Of a stretch of DNA of 64,000 nucleotides, positions 1 through 13,000 are shown piece after piece. How positions within the stretch are numbered: position 1 is the first letter of the stretch; each line of letters starts with the position of its first letter. Under the pieces are notes generated by a model. It was not told where the DNA came from. It did not search any database and worked only from the letters and a program-made list of their open reading frames with translations. Source of the stretch: the human T2T-CHM13v2.0 reference genome, Homo sapiens; assembly GCF_009914755.1 (NCBI RefSeq), contig NC_060948.1; one strand, given 5' to 3'. Position numbers and translations under genes: made by a program.

Positions 1-618
1 AATGCATTGGAATGGAATGTCCTCTAATGGAATGGATTCGAGTGGAATGGAATCGAATATAATGGAGTCGAATGAAATGGAATTGAAAGGAATGGGACCG
101 AATACAATGGAATATACTGGAATGTAATGTAATGAACTCGAATGTAATTGACTGCAATGGAATGTACATGAATGGAATGTAATCGAATGGAAAGTAATCC
201 AATGGAATAGAATCTAATGCAATAAAATCGACTCAGATAGAATAGAATGTAATGGAATGGAGTGCAGTGCAATGGAATGGAATGGAATGGAATGCAGTGG
301 AATGGAATGGAATGGAATGCAATGGAATGGAATGTATTAGAATGTAATGAACATTAATGGAATGTACTCGAATGGATTCGACTGGAATGGAATCGTACGG
401 AATGGAATCTAATGGAATGGAATTAAATGGAAATGAATCAAATTGAATAGCACGGAATTGAATTGAATGGAATGGAATGCAATGGAATCTAATGAAACGG
501 AAAGGAAAGGAATGGAATGGAATGGAATGGGCTGGAATGGAAAGGAATCGAAACGAATGGAATGGAATCGAACTGAAGAGACTGGAATGGAATGCACTGG
601 AATGGAAGGGAGTGTAAT

Positions 619-633
619 GGAAGGTTCTCGAAA
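619..633. promoter_or_regulatory. Perfect heat-shock element motif (HSE-2 of the unit; intact in 16 of 18 copies)
   Basis: gGAAg-gTTCt-cGAAa matches nGAAnnTTCnnGAAn exactly. Binding and function are inferred only. Confidence 0.55.
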
Positions 634-1639
634 AAAATGGAATCGAATGGAATGGAATTGAATGGAACGGAATAGAGTCGAATGGAATTGAATGGAATGG
701 AATGGACTAGAGTGAAATGGAATCGAACCACAAGGAATGGACAGGAATAGAATGGTCTCGAATTGAATGGAATCGTATGGAATGGCATCAAACGGAATGG
801 AATGGACACCCACGGAATGGAATGTACTCGAATGCAATGGAGTCGAAACTAATGGACTGGAATAGAATGGACTCGACTGGTACGGACTCCAATGGAATGG
901 AATCGAATGCAAGGGAATCGAACGGAATGGACTCGAAGGGAAAAGACTGCAATGGAAAGGTCTCGAATGGAATGGAAATTAATGGAATGGATTGGAATCG
1001 AATGAAATGGAGTCAAAAGGAATGGAATCGAATGGCAAGAAATCAAATGTAATGGAATCGCAAGGAATTGATGTGAACGGAACGGAATGGAATGGAATCC
1101 AAAGGAATGGAATAGAATGGAATGGAATCGAATGGAAAGGACTCGAATGGAAATCACTCGAATAGAATGCAATTTAATAAAATAGGATCAAATGTAATGG
1201 AATGGAATGGAAAGGAATCGAAACGAAAGGAATGGAGACAGATGGAATGGAATGGAACAGAGAGCAATGGTATAGAATGGAATGGAATCATCTGGAATGG
1301 AATTGAATGGAATGGAATAACATGAAATGGAATGGAATGGAATGGAATGCCCTTGAATTAAATGGACTGGAATGGAATGGACTCGAACAGAGTGGAATGG
1401 AAAGTGTTGAAATATAATGGAATGGACTCCTTTGGAATGGTCTAGTATGCAATGCAATCGACTGGCAGGGAATCAAAAGGAATGTAATCGAATGGATTGG
1501 ACTGGAATGCAATGGACTCGAATAGATTGGAAACGGAATGCAAAGGAATGGAATGGAATAGTATGGAATGGAATGGAAAGGAATGGAGTGGAATAGACTA
1601 GAGTGGAATGGAATGGACTGGAAAGCAATGGACTGGAAT

Positions 1640-1654
1640 GGAACTTTCTTGAAT
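1640..1654. promoter_or_regulatory. Perfect heat-shock element motif (HSE-3 of the unit; intact in all 18 copies)
   Basis: gGAAc-tTTCt-tGAAt matches nGAAnnTTCnnGAAn exactly. Binding and function are inferred only. Confidence 0.55.
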
Positions 1655-3477
1655 GGACTGGAATCAAACGGAATGGAATGCAATGCAATCAAATGGCATG
1701 GAATAAAATAGAATGAAAGAGAATCAAACGGAATTGAATCGAATGGAATCGAATGGATTGGAAAGGAATAGAATGGAATGGAATGGAATTGACTCAAATG
1801 GAATGGACTAGAATGGAATGGATTCGAATGGAAGGCAAAGGAATGGAATCTATTGGAATGGACTGTAATGGAATGGAATGGAAGGGATTGGAATGGACTC
1901 GAATGGAATGGACTGCAATAGAAAGGATTCGAATGGAATGAAAAAGAATTGAATGGAATAGAACAGAATGGAATCAAATCCAATGAAATTGAATGGAATA
2001 GAAAGGAATGGAATGAAATGGAATGGAAAGGATTCGAATGGAATGCAATCGAATGGAATGAAATCGAATGGAATGGAATCGAACGGAATGGAATAAAATG
2101 GAAGAAAACTGGCAAGAAATGGAATCGAAATGAATGGAGTGTTATGGAACGGACTCAAAAGGAATTGAATGTAATAGAATGGAGTGGAGTGGACTCCAAT
2201 ATAATGGACTGGAATGGAATGAAATCACATGGAATGGGAACGAATGGAATGGAATGGAAAGGAATGGAATCGAATGGAAAGGAATCGAATGGAAGGGAAT
2301 GAAATTGAATCAACAGGAATGGAAGGGAATAGAATAGACGGTAATGGAATGGACTCGAATAGAATGGACACGAATGCTCAAATTGAATGGACTCGAGTGG
2401 AATGGAAACGAAACGAATGTCATCGAATGGAATTGAATCGATTGGAATGAAATCGCATAGAATGGACTGGAATCAAATGGAATTGAATCGAAAGGAAAGG
2501 AAGCGAATGGACTGAAATGAAATGGAATGGAATTGAATGGAAAGTAATGCAATGGAATAGAATGGAACGAAATTTCACGGAATGGAATCAAACTGAATGG
2601 AATCAAATCAATGGAATATAATCAAATGGAATGGAAAGGAATTGAATGGAGTAGATGGGACTGGATGGGATTGGAATGAAATGTACTGGAAATGACTCGA
2701 ATTTCATGAAACGGAATGGAATGAATTGGAACGGAATGGACTCGAATGGAATGGAATGTCATGGAATGGCATCAAATGGAATGGAATCGAATGCAATGGA
2801 ATGCTATGGAATGGAATGGAATGCATTGGAATGGAATGTCCTCTAATGGAATGGATTCGAGTGGAATGGAATCGAATATAATGGAGTCGAATGAAATGGA
2901 ATTGAAAGGAATAGGATCGAATACAATGGAATATACTGGAATGTAACGTAATGAACTCGAATGTAATTGACTGGAATGGAATGTACATGAATGCAATGTA
3001 ATCGAATGGAAAGTAATCCAATGGAATAGAATCTAATGCAATAAAATCGACTCAAATAGAATAGAATGGAATGGAATGGAGTGCAGTGCAATGGAATGGA
3101 AGGGAATGGAATGCAATGGAATGGAATGTAATGGAATGGAATGGAATGGGATGGAATGGTATGGAATGGATAGTAATGGACTGGAGTGAAATGGACTGGA
3201 AAGGAATGGACTCAAATTGAAAGGGCTCGAAAGGAATGCAGTCAAATGGAATGATCTGGAATGGAATGAACACGAATGTAATGCAATCCAATAGAATGGA
3301 ATCGAATGGCATGGAATATAAAGAAATGGAATCGAAGAGAATGGAAACAAATGGAATGGAATTGAATGGAATGAGAATGAATGGAGTGAAATTGTATGCA
3401 GTAGAAGAGAATAGAATGGAATGCAAGCGAAAGGAAAGGAATGGATTGGAATGGAAGGGAATGTAGTGTAATGGACA

Positions 3478-6400
3478 GGCCTGGAATAAAGTGGAATGCT
3501 ACGGTCTCGAATGGAATAAAAATGTATGGAATGGAATGCAATGAAACGGAATCGAATGTCATAGAATGTAATGGAATGCAAAAAAATGGAATCCAAAATC
3601 ATTGACTGGAAAGGCTGGGTGTCGAAAGGAATTGACTCCAATGGAATGGAATCGAATGGAATGGAAGTGAATAGAATCGAACTAAATCGAATGGAATGGA
3701 ATTGATAGGAACGGAATGGAAAGGAATGCAATGATTTGGCATGGAATGGAATCGAATGGCATCGAATGGAATGGAATGGAATGCAATGGAATGGAATGTA
3801 TTAGAATGTAATGAACTTTAATGGAATGTACTCGAATGGATTCGACTGGAATGGAATGTTCTGGAAGTGAATGGACTCCAATGGAATGGATTCGAAAGGA
3901 ATGGAATCGTACGGAATGGAATCTAATGGAATGGAATTAAATGGAAATGAATCAAATTGAATAGCACGGAACTGAATTGAATGGAATCGAATGCAATGGA
4001 ATCTAATGAAACGGAAAGGAAAGGAATGGAATGGAATGGAATGGGCTGGAATGGAATGGAATCGAAACAAATAGAATGGAATCGAACTGAAGAGACTGGA
4101 ATGGAATGCACTGGAATGGAAGGGAGTGTAATGGAAGGTTCTCGAAAAAAATGGAATCGAATGGAATGGAATTGAATGGAACGGAATAGAGTCGAATGGA
4201 ATTGAATGGAATGGAATGGACTAGAGTGAAATGGAATCGAACCACAAGAATGGACAGGAATAGAATGGTCTCGAATTGAATGGAATCGTATGGAATGGCA
4301 TCAAACGGAATGGAATGGACAGCCACGGAATGGAATGCACTCGAATGCAATGGAGTCGAAACTAATGGACTGGAATAGAATGGACTCGACTGGTACGGAC
4401 TCCAATGGAATGGAATCGAATGGAAGGGAATCGAACGGAATGGACTCGAAGGCAAAAGACTGCAATGGAAAGGTGTCGAATGGAATGGAAATTAATGGAA
4501 TGGAATGGAATCGAATGAAATGGAGTCAAAAGGAATGGAATCGAATGGCAAGAAATCGAATGTAATGGAATCGCAAGGAATTGATGTGAACGGAACGGAA
4601 TGGAATGGAATCCAAAGGAATGGAATAGAATGGAATGGAATCGAATGGAAAGGACTCGAATGGAAATCACTCGAATAGAATGCAATTTAATAAAATAGGA
4701 TCAAATGTAATGGAATGGAATGGAAAGGAATCGAAACGAAAGGAATGGAGACAGATGGAATGGAATGGAACAGAGAGCAATGGTATAGAATGGAATGGAA
4801 TCATCTGGAATGGAATTGAATGGAATGGAATAACATGAAATGGAATGGAATGGAATGGAATGCCTTTGAATTAAATGGACTGGAATGGAATGCTCTCGAA
4901 CATAGTGGAATGGAAAGTGTTGGAATAGAATGGAATGGACTCGTTTGGAATGGTGTAGTATGCAATGCAATCGACTGGCAGGGAATCAAAAGGAATGTAA
5001 TAGAATGGATTGGACTGGAATGCAATGGACTCGAATAGATTGGAAACGGAATGCAAAGGAATGGAATGGAATAGTATGGAATGGAATGGAAAGGAATGGA
5101 GTGGAATAGACTAGAGTGGAATGGAATGGACTGGAAAGCAATGGACTGGAATGGAACTTTCTTGAATGGACTGGAATCAAACGGAATGGAATACAATGCA
5201 ATCAAATGGCATGGAATAAAATAGAATGAAAGAGAATCAAATGGAATTGAATCGAATGGAATCGAATGGATTGGAAAGGAATAGAATGGAATGGAATGGA
5301 ATTGACTCAAATGGAATGGACTAGAATGGAATGGATTCGAATGGAAGGCAAAGGAATGGAATCTATTGGAATGGACTGTAATGGAATGGAATGGAAGGGA
5401 TTGGAATGGACTCGAATGGAATGGACTGCAATAGAAAGGATTCGAATGGAATGAAAAAGAATTGAATGGAATAGAACAGAATGGAATCAAATCGAATGAA
5501 ATGGAATGGAATAGAAAGGAATGGAATGAAATGGAATGGAAAGGATTCGAATGGAATGCAATCGAATGGAATGGAATCGAACGGAATGGAATAAAATGGA
5601 AGAAAACTGGCAAGAAATGGAATCGAAATGAATGGAGTGTTATGGATCGGACTCAAAAGGAATTGAATGTAATAGAATGGAGTGGAGTGGACTCGAATAT
5701 AATGGACTGGAATGGAATGAAATCACATGGAATGGGAACGAATGGAATGGAATGGAAAGGAATGGAATCGAATGGAAAGGAATCGAATGGAAGGGAATGA
5801 AATTGAATCAACAGGAATGGAAGGGAGTAGAATAGACGGTAATGGAATGGACTCGAATAGAATGGACACGAATGCTCAAATTGAATGGACTCGAATGGAA
5901 TGGAAACGAAAGGAATGTCATCGAATGGAATTGAATCGGTTGGAATGAAATCGCATAGAATGGAGTGGAATCAAATGGAATTGAATCGAAAGGAAAGGAA
6001 GCGAATGGACTGAAATGAAATGGAATGGAATTGAATGGAAAGTAATGCAATGGAATAGAATGGAACGAAATTTCACGGAATGGAATCAAACTGAATGGAA
6101 TCAAATCAATGGAATATAATCAAATGGAATGGAAAGGAATTGAATGGAGTAGATTGGGTTGGATGGGATTGGAATGAAATGGAATGGAAAGGACTCGAAT
6201 TTCATGAAACGGAATGGAATGAATTGGAACGGAATGGACTCGAATGGAATGGAATGACATGGAATGGCAAGAAATGGAATGGCATCAAAGGGAATGGAAT
6301 CGAATGCAATGGAATGCTATGGAATGGAATGGAATGCATTGGAATGGAATGTCCTCTAATGGAATGGATTCGAGTGGAATGGAATCTAATATAATGGAGT

Positions 6401-7030
6401 CGAATGAAATGGAATTGAAAGGAATGGGATCGAATACAATGGAATATACTGGAATGTAATGTAAAGAACTCGAATGTAATTGAATGGAAAGGAATGTACA
6501 TGAATGGAATGTAATCGAATGGAAAGTAATCCAATGGAATAGTATCTAATGTAATAAAATCGACTCAGATAGAGTAGAATGTAATGGAATGGAGTGTAGT
6601 GCAATGGAATGGAATGGAATGGAATGCAATGGAATGGAAAGGAATGGAATGGAATGGAATGGAATGGGATGGAATGGTATGGAATGGATAGTAATGGACT
6701 GGAGTGAAATGGACTGGAAAGGAATGGACTCAAATTGAAAGGTCTCGAAAGGAATGGAGTCAAAAGGAATGGTCTGGAATGGAATGAACACGAATGTAAT
6801 GCAATCCAATAGAATGGAGTCGAATGGCATGGAATATAAAGAAATGGAATCGAAGAGAATGGAAACAAATGGAATGGAATTGAATGGAATGGAATTGAAT
6901 GGAATGGGAAGGAATGGAGTGAAATTGTATGCAGTAGAAGAGAATAGAATGGAATGCAAGCGAAAGGAAAGGAATGGATTGGAATGGAATGGAATTCATT
7001 GAAATGGAAGGGAATGTAGTGTAATGGACA
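3478..7030 (+). repeat. Representative complete DYZ1 unit, HaeIII to HaeIII (3,553 bp)
   Basis: GGCC at 3478 and 7031; all unit landmarks are present in order. Canonical EcoRI site at 6992-6997. Confidence 0.9.
3853..3867. promoter_or_regulatory. Perfect heat-shock element motif (HSE-1 of the unit; 17 copies, deleted in the first unit)
   Basis: gGAAt-gTTCt-gGAAg (variant cGAAg) matches nGAAnnTTCnnGAAn exactly. Binding and function are inferred only. Confidence 0.55.
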
Positions 7031-10000
7031 GGCCTGGAATAAAGTGGAATGCTACGGTCTCGAATGGAATAAAAATGTATGGAATGGAATGCAATGAAAC
7101 GGAATCGAATGTCATAGAATGTAATGGAATGCAAAAAAATGGAATCCAAAATCATTGACTGGAAAGGCTGGGTGTCGAAAGGAATTGACTCCAATGGAAT
7201 GGAATCGAATGGAATGGAAGTGAATAGAATCGAACTAAATCGAATGGAATGGAATTGATAGGAACGGAATGGAAAGGAATGCAATGATTTGGCATGGAAT
7301 GGAATCGAATGGCATCGAATGGAATGGAATGGAATGTATTGGAATGGAATATATTAGAATGTAATGAACTTTAATGGAATGTACTCGAATGGATTCGACT
7401 GGAATGGAATGTTCTGGAAGTGAATGGACTCCAATGGAATGGATTCGAAAGGAATGGAATCGTACGGAATGGAATCTAATGGAATGGAATTAAATGGAAA
7501 TGAATCAAATTGAATAGCACGGAATTGAATTGAATGGAATGGAATGCAATGGAATCTAATGAAACGGAAAGGAAAGGAATGGAATGGAATGGAATGGGCT
7601 GGAATGGAAAGGAATCGAAACGAATGGAATGGAATCGAACTGAAGAGACTGGAATGGAATGCACTGGAATGGAAGGGAGTGTAATGGAAGGTTCTCGAAA
7701 AAAATGGAATCGAATGGAATGGAATTGAATGGAACGGAATAGAGTCGAATGGAATTGAATGGAATGGAATGGACTAGAGTGAAATGGAATCGAACCACAA
7801 GGAATGGACAGGAATAGAATGGTCTCGAATTGAATGGAATCGTATGGAATGGCATCAAACGGAATGGAATGGACAGCCACGGAATGGAATGCACTCGAAT
7901 GCAATGGAGTCGAAACTAATGGACTGGAATAGAATGGACTCGACTGGTACGGACTCCAATGGAATGGAATCGAATGGAAGGGAATCGAACGGAAGGGAAT
8001 CGAACGGAATGGACTCGAAGGGAAAAGACTGCAATGGAAAGGTCTCGAATGGAATGGAAATTAATGGAATGGAATGGAATCGAATGAAATGGAGTCAAAA
8101 GGAATGGAATCGAATGGCAAGAAATCGAATGTAATGGAATCGCAAGGAATTGATGTGAACGGAACGGAATGGAATGGAATCCAAAGGAATGGAATAGAAT
8201 GGAATGGAATCGAATGGAAAGGACTCGAATGGAAATCACTCGAATAGAATGCAATTTAATAAAATAGGATCAAATGTAATGGAATGGAATGGAAAGGAAT
8301 CGAAACGAAAGGAATGGAGACAGATGGAATGGAATGGAACAGAGAGCAATGGTATAGAATGGAATGGAATCATCTGGAATGGAATTGAATGGAATGGAAT
8401 AATATGAAATGGAATGGAATGGAATGGAATGCCCTTGAATTAAATGGACTGGAATGGAATGGACTCGAACAGAGTGGAATGGAAAGTGTTGAAATAGAAT
8501 GGAATGGACTCGTTTGGAATGGTGTAGTATGCAATGCAATCGACTGGCAGGGAATCAAAAGGAATGTAATCGAATGGATTGGACTGGAATGCAATGGACT
8601 CGAATAGATTGGAAACGGAATGCAAAGGAATGGAATGGAATAGTATGGAATGGAATGGAAAGGAATGGAGTGGAATAGACTAGAGTGGAATGGAATGGAC
8701 TCGAAAGCAATGGACTGGAATGGAACTTTCTTGAATGGACTGGAATCAAACGGAATGGAATGCAATGCAATCAAATGGCATGGAATAAAATAGAATGAAA
8801 GAGAATCAAACGGAATTGAATCGAATGGAATCGAATGGATTGGAAAGGAATAGAATGGAATGGAATGGAATTGACTCAAATGGAATGGACTAGAATGGAA
8901 TGGATTCGAATGGAAGGCAAAGGAATGGAATCTATTGGAATGGACTGTAATGGAATGGAATGGAAGGGATTGGAATGGACTCGAATGGAATGGACTGCAA
9001 TAGAAAGGATTCGAATGGAATGAAAAAGAATTGAATGGAATAGAACAGAATGGAATCAAACCTCATGAAATAGAATGGAATAGAAAGGAATGGAATGAAA
9101 TCGAATGGAAAGGATTCGAATGGAATGCAATCGAATGGAATGCAATCGAATGGAATGGAATCGAACGGAATGGAATAAAATGGAAGAAAACTGGCAAGAA
9201 ATGGAATCGAAATGAATGGAGTGTTAAGGAACGGACTCAAAAGGAATTGAATGTAATAGAATGGAGTGGAGTGGACTCGAATATAATGGACTGGAATGGA
9301 ATGAAATCACATGGAATGGGAACGAATGGAATGGAATGGAAAGGAATGGAATCGAATGGAAAGGAATCGAATGGAAGGGAATGAAATTGAATCAACAGGA
9401 ATGGAAGGGAATAGAATAGACGGTAATGGAATGGACTCGAATAGAATGGACACGAATGCTCAAATTGAATGGACTCGAATGGAATGGAAATGAAAGGAAT
9501 GTCATCGAATGCAATTCAATCGATTGGAATGAAATCGCATAGGATGGAGTGGAATCAAATGGAATTGAATCGAAAGGAAAAGAAGCGAATTGACTGAAAT
9601 GAAATGGAATGGAATTGAATGGAAAGTAATGCAACGGAATAGAATGGAATGAAATTTCACGGAATGGAATCAAACTGAATGGAATCAAATCAATGGAATA
9701 TAATCAAAAGGAATGGAAAGGAATTGAATGGAGTAGATTGGATTGGATGGGATTGGAATGAAATGTACTGGAAAGGACTCGAATTTCATGAAACGGAATG
9801 GAATGTATTAGAACGGAATGGACTCGAATGGAATTGAATGTCACGGAATGGCATCAAATGGAATGGCATCAATTGGAATGGAATCGAATGCAATGGAATG
9901 CTATGGAATGGAATGGAATGCATTGGAATGGAATGTCCTCTAATGGAATGGATTCGAGTGGAATGGAATCGAATATAATGGAGTCTAATGAAATGGAATT

Positions 10001-13000
10001 GAAAGGAATGGGATCCAATACAATGGAATATACTGGAATGTAATGTAATGAACTCGAATGTAATTGACTGGAATGGAATGTACATGAGTGGAATGTAATC
10101 GAATGGAAAGTAATCCAATGGAATAGAATCTAATGCAATAAAATCGACTCAAATAGAGTAGAATGTAATGGAATGGAGTGCAGTGCAATGGAATGGAATG
10201 GAATGGGATGGAATGGTATGGAATGGATAGTAATGGACTGGAGTGAAATGGACTGGAAAATAATGGACTCAAATTGAAAGGGCTCGAAAGGAATGGAGTC
10301 AAATGGAATGGTCTGGAATGGAATGAACACGAATGTAATGCAATCCAATAGAATGGAATCGAATGGCATGGAATATAAAGAAATGGAATCGAAGAGAATG
10401 GAAACAAATGGAATGGAATTGAATGGAATGGAATGGAATGGAATGGGAACGAATGGAGTGAAATTGTATGCAGTAGAAGAGAATAGAATGGAATGCAAGC
10501 GAAAGGAAAGGAATGGATTGGAATGGAATGGAATTCATTGGAATGGAAGGGAATGTAGTGTAATGGACAGGCCTGGAATAAAGTGGAATGCTACGGTCTC
10601 GAATGGAATAAAAATGTATGGAATGGAATGCAATGAAACGGAATCGAATGTCATAGAATGTAATGGAATGCAAAAAAATGGAATCCAAAATCATTGACTG
10701 GAGAGGCTGGGTGTCGAAAGGAATTGACTCCAATGGAATGGAATCGAATGGAATGGAAGTGAATAGAATCGAACTAAATCGAATGGAATGGAATTGATAG
10801 GAACGGAATGGAAAGGAATGCAATGATTTGGCATGGAATGGAATCGAATGGCATCGAATGGAATGGAATGGAATGTATTGGAATGGAATATATTAGAATG
10901 TAATGAACTTTAATGGAATGTACTCGAATGGATTCGACTGGAATGGAATGTTCTGGAAGTGAATGGACTCCAATGGAATGGATTCGAAAGGAATGGAATC
11001 GTACGGAATGGAATCTAATGGAATGGAATTAAATGGAAATGAATCAAATTGAATAGCACGGAATTGAATTGAATGGAATGGAATGCAATGGAATCTAATG
11101 AAACGGAAAGGAAAGGAATGGAATGGAATGGAATGGGCTGGAATGGAAAGGAATCGAAACGAATGGAATGGAATCGAACTGAAGAGACTGGAATGGAATG
11201 CACTGGAATGGAAGGGAGTGTAATGGAAGGTTCTCGAAAAAAATGGAATCGAATGGAATGGAATTGAATGGAACGGAATAGAGTCGAATGGAATTGAATG
11301 GAATGGAATGGACTAGAGTGAAATGGAATCGAACCACAAGGAATGGACAGGAATAGAATGGTCTCGAATTGAATGGAATCGTATGGAATGGCATCAAACG
11401 GAATGGAATGGACAGCCACGGAATGGAATGCACTCGAATGCAATGGAGTCGAAACTAATGGACTGGAATAGAATGGACTCGACTGGTACGGACTCCAATG
11501 GAATGGAATCGAATGCAAGGGAATCGAACGGAATGGACTCGAAGGGAAAAGACTGCAATGGAAAGGTCTCGAATGGAATGGAAATTAATGGAATGGATTG
11601 GAATCGAATGAAATGGAGTCAAAAGGAATGGAATCGAATGGCAAGAAATCAAATGTAATGGAATCGCAAGGAATTGATGTGAACGGAACGGAATGGAATG
11701 GAATCCAAAGGAATGGAATAGAATGGAATGGAATCGAATGGAAAGGACTCGAATGGAAATCACTCGAATAGAATGCAATTTAATAAAATAGGATCAAATG
11801 TAATGGAATGGAATGGAAAGGAATCGAAACGAAAGGAATGGAGACAGATGGAATGGAATGGAACAGAGAGCAATGGTATAGAATGGAATGGAATCATCTG
11901 GAATGGAATTGAATGGAATGGAATAACATGAAATGGAATGGAATGGAATGGAATGCCCTTGAATTAAATGGACTGGAATGGAATGGACTCGAACAGAGTG
12001 GAATGGAAAGTGTTGAAATAGAATGGAATGGACTCGTTTGGAATGGTGTAGTATGCAATGCAATCGACTGGCAGGGAATCAAAAGGAATGTAATCGAATG
12101 GATTGGACTGGAATGCAATGGACTTGAATAGATTGGAAACGGAATGCAAAGGAATGGAATGGAATAGTATGGAATGGAATGGAAAGGAATGGAGTGGAAT
12201 AGACTAGAGTGGAATGGAATGGACTCGAAAGTAATGGACTGGAATGGAACTTTCTTGAATGGACTGGAATCAAACGGAATGGAATGCAATGCAATCAAAT
12301 GGCATGGAATAAAATAGAATGAAAGAGAATCAAACGGAATTGAATCGAATGGAATCGAATGGATTGGAAAGGAATAGAATGGAATGGAATGGAATTGACT
12401 CAAATGGAATGGACTAGAATGGAATGGATTCGAATGGAAGGCAAAGGAATGGAATCTATTGGAATGGACTGTAATGGAATGGCATGGAAGGGATTGGAAT
12501 GGACTCGAATGGAATGGACTGCAATAGAAAGGATTCGAATGGAATGAAAAAGAATTGAATGGAATAGAACAGAATGGAATCAAATCGAATGAAATGGAAT
12601 GGAATAGAAAGGAATGGAATGAAATGGAATGGAAAGGATTCGAATGGAATGCAATCGAATGGAATGGAATCGAACGGAATGGAATAAAATGGAAGAAAAC
12701 TGGCAAGAAATGGAATCGAAATGAATGGAGTGTTATGGAACGGACTCAAAAGGAATTGAATGTAATAGAATGGAGTGGAGTGGACTCAAATATAATAGAC
12801 TGGAATGGAATGAAATCACATGGAATGGGAACGAATGGAATGGAATGGAAAGGAATGGAATCGAATGGAAAGGAATCGAATGGAAGGGAATGAAATTGAA
12901 TCAACAGGAATGGAAAGGAGTAGAATAGACGGTAATGGAATGGGCTCGAATAGAATGGACACGAATGCTCAAATTAAATGGACTCGAATGGAATGGAAAC

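Larger units (their letters stand above)
21..2839 (+). repeat. Shortened DYZ1 unit (2,819 bp) with two internal deletions (~645 bp and 50 bp)
   Basis: Landmark CCTCTAATGG at 21 recurs at 2840. GTGCAGTGC to GTATTAG is 72 bp here versus 717 bp in the next unit. ACTGG to TACGG is 15 bp here versus 65 bp. Confidence 0.9.

Noticed and set aside
1288-2115. 270-275 aa minus-strand ORF retained in most units
   Set aside because: Retention is explained by high unit identity, the stop-poor ATTCC strand and 15-bp indels that keep frame. It is low complexity and is truncated in the unit at 8370-9059.
3478-7030. Possible ~1.78-kb half-unit substructure
   Set aside because: Landmarks (HSEs, GACTAGAGTG, GGTCTCGAA) do not recur at half-unit offset by eye. 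A self-alignment would be needed to exclude a very old duplication.
9677-9760. DUX4-like GAATCAAATCA and tandem CCAAT boxes (GATTGGATTGG)
   Set aside because: The DUX4 match is imperfect, and ATTGG is one substitution from AATGG, so such hits are expected by chance.
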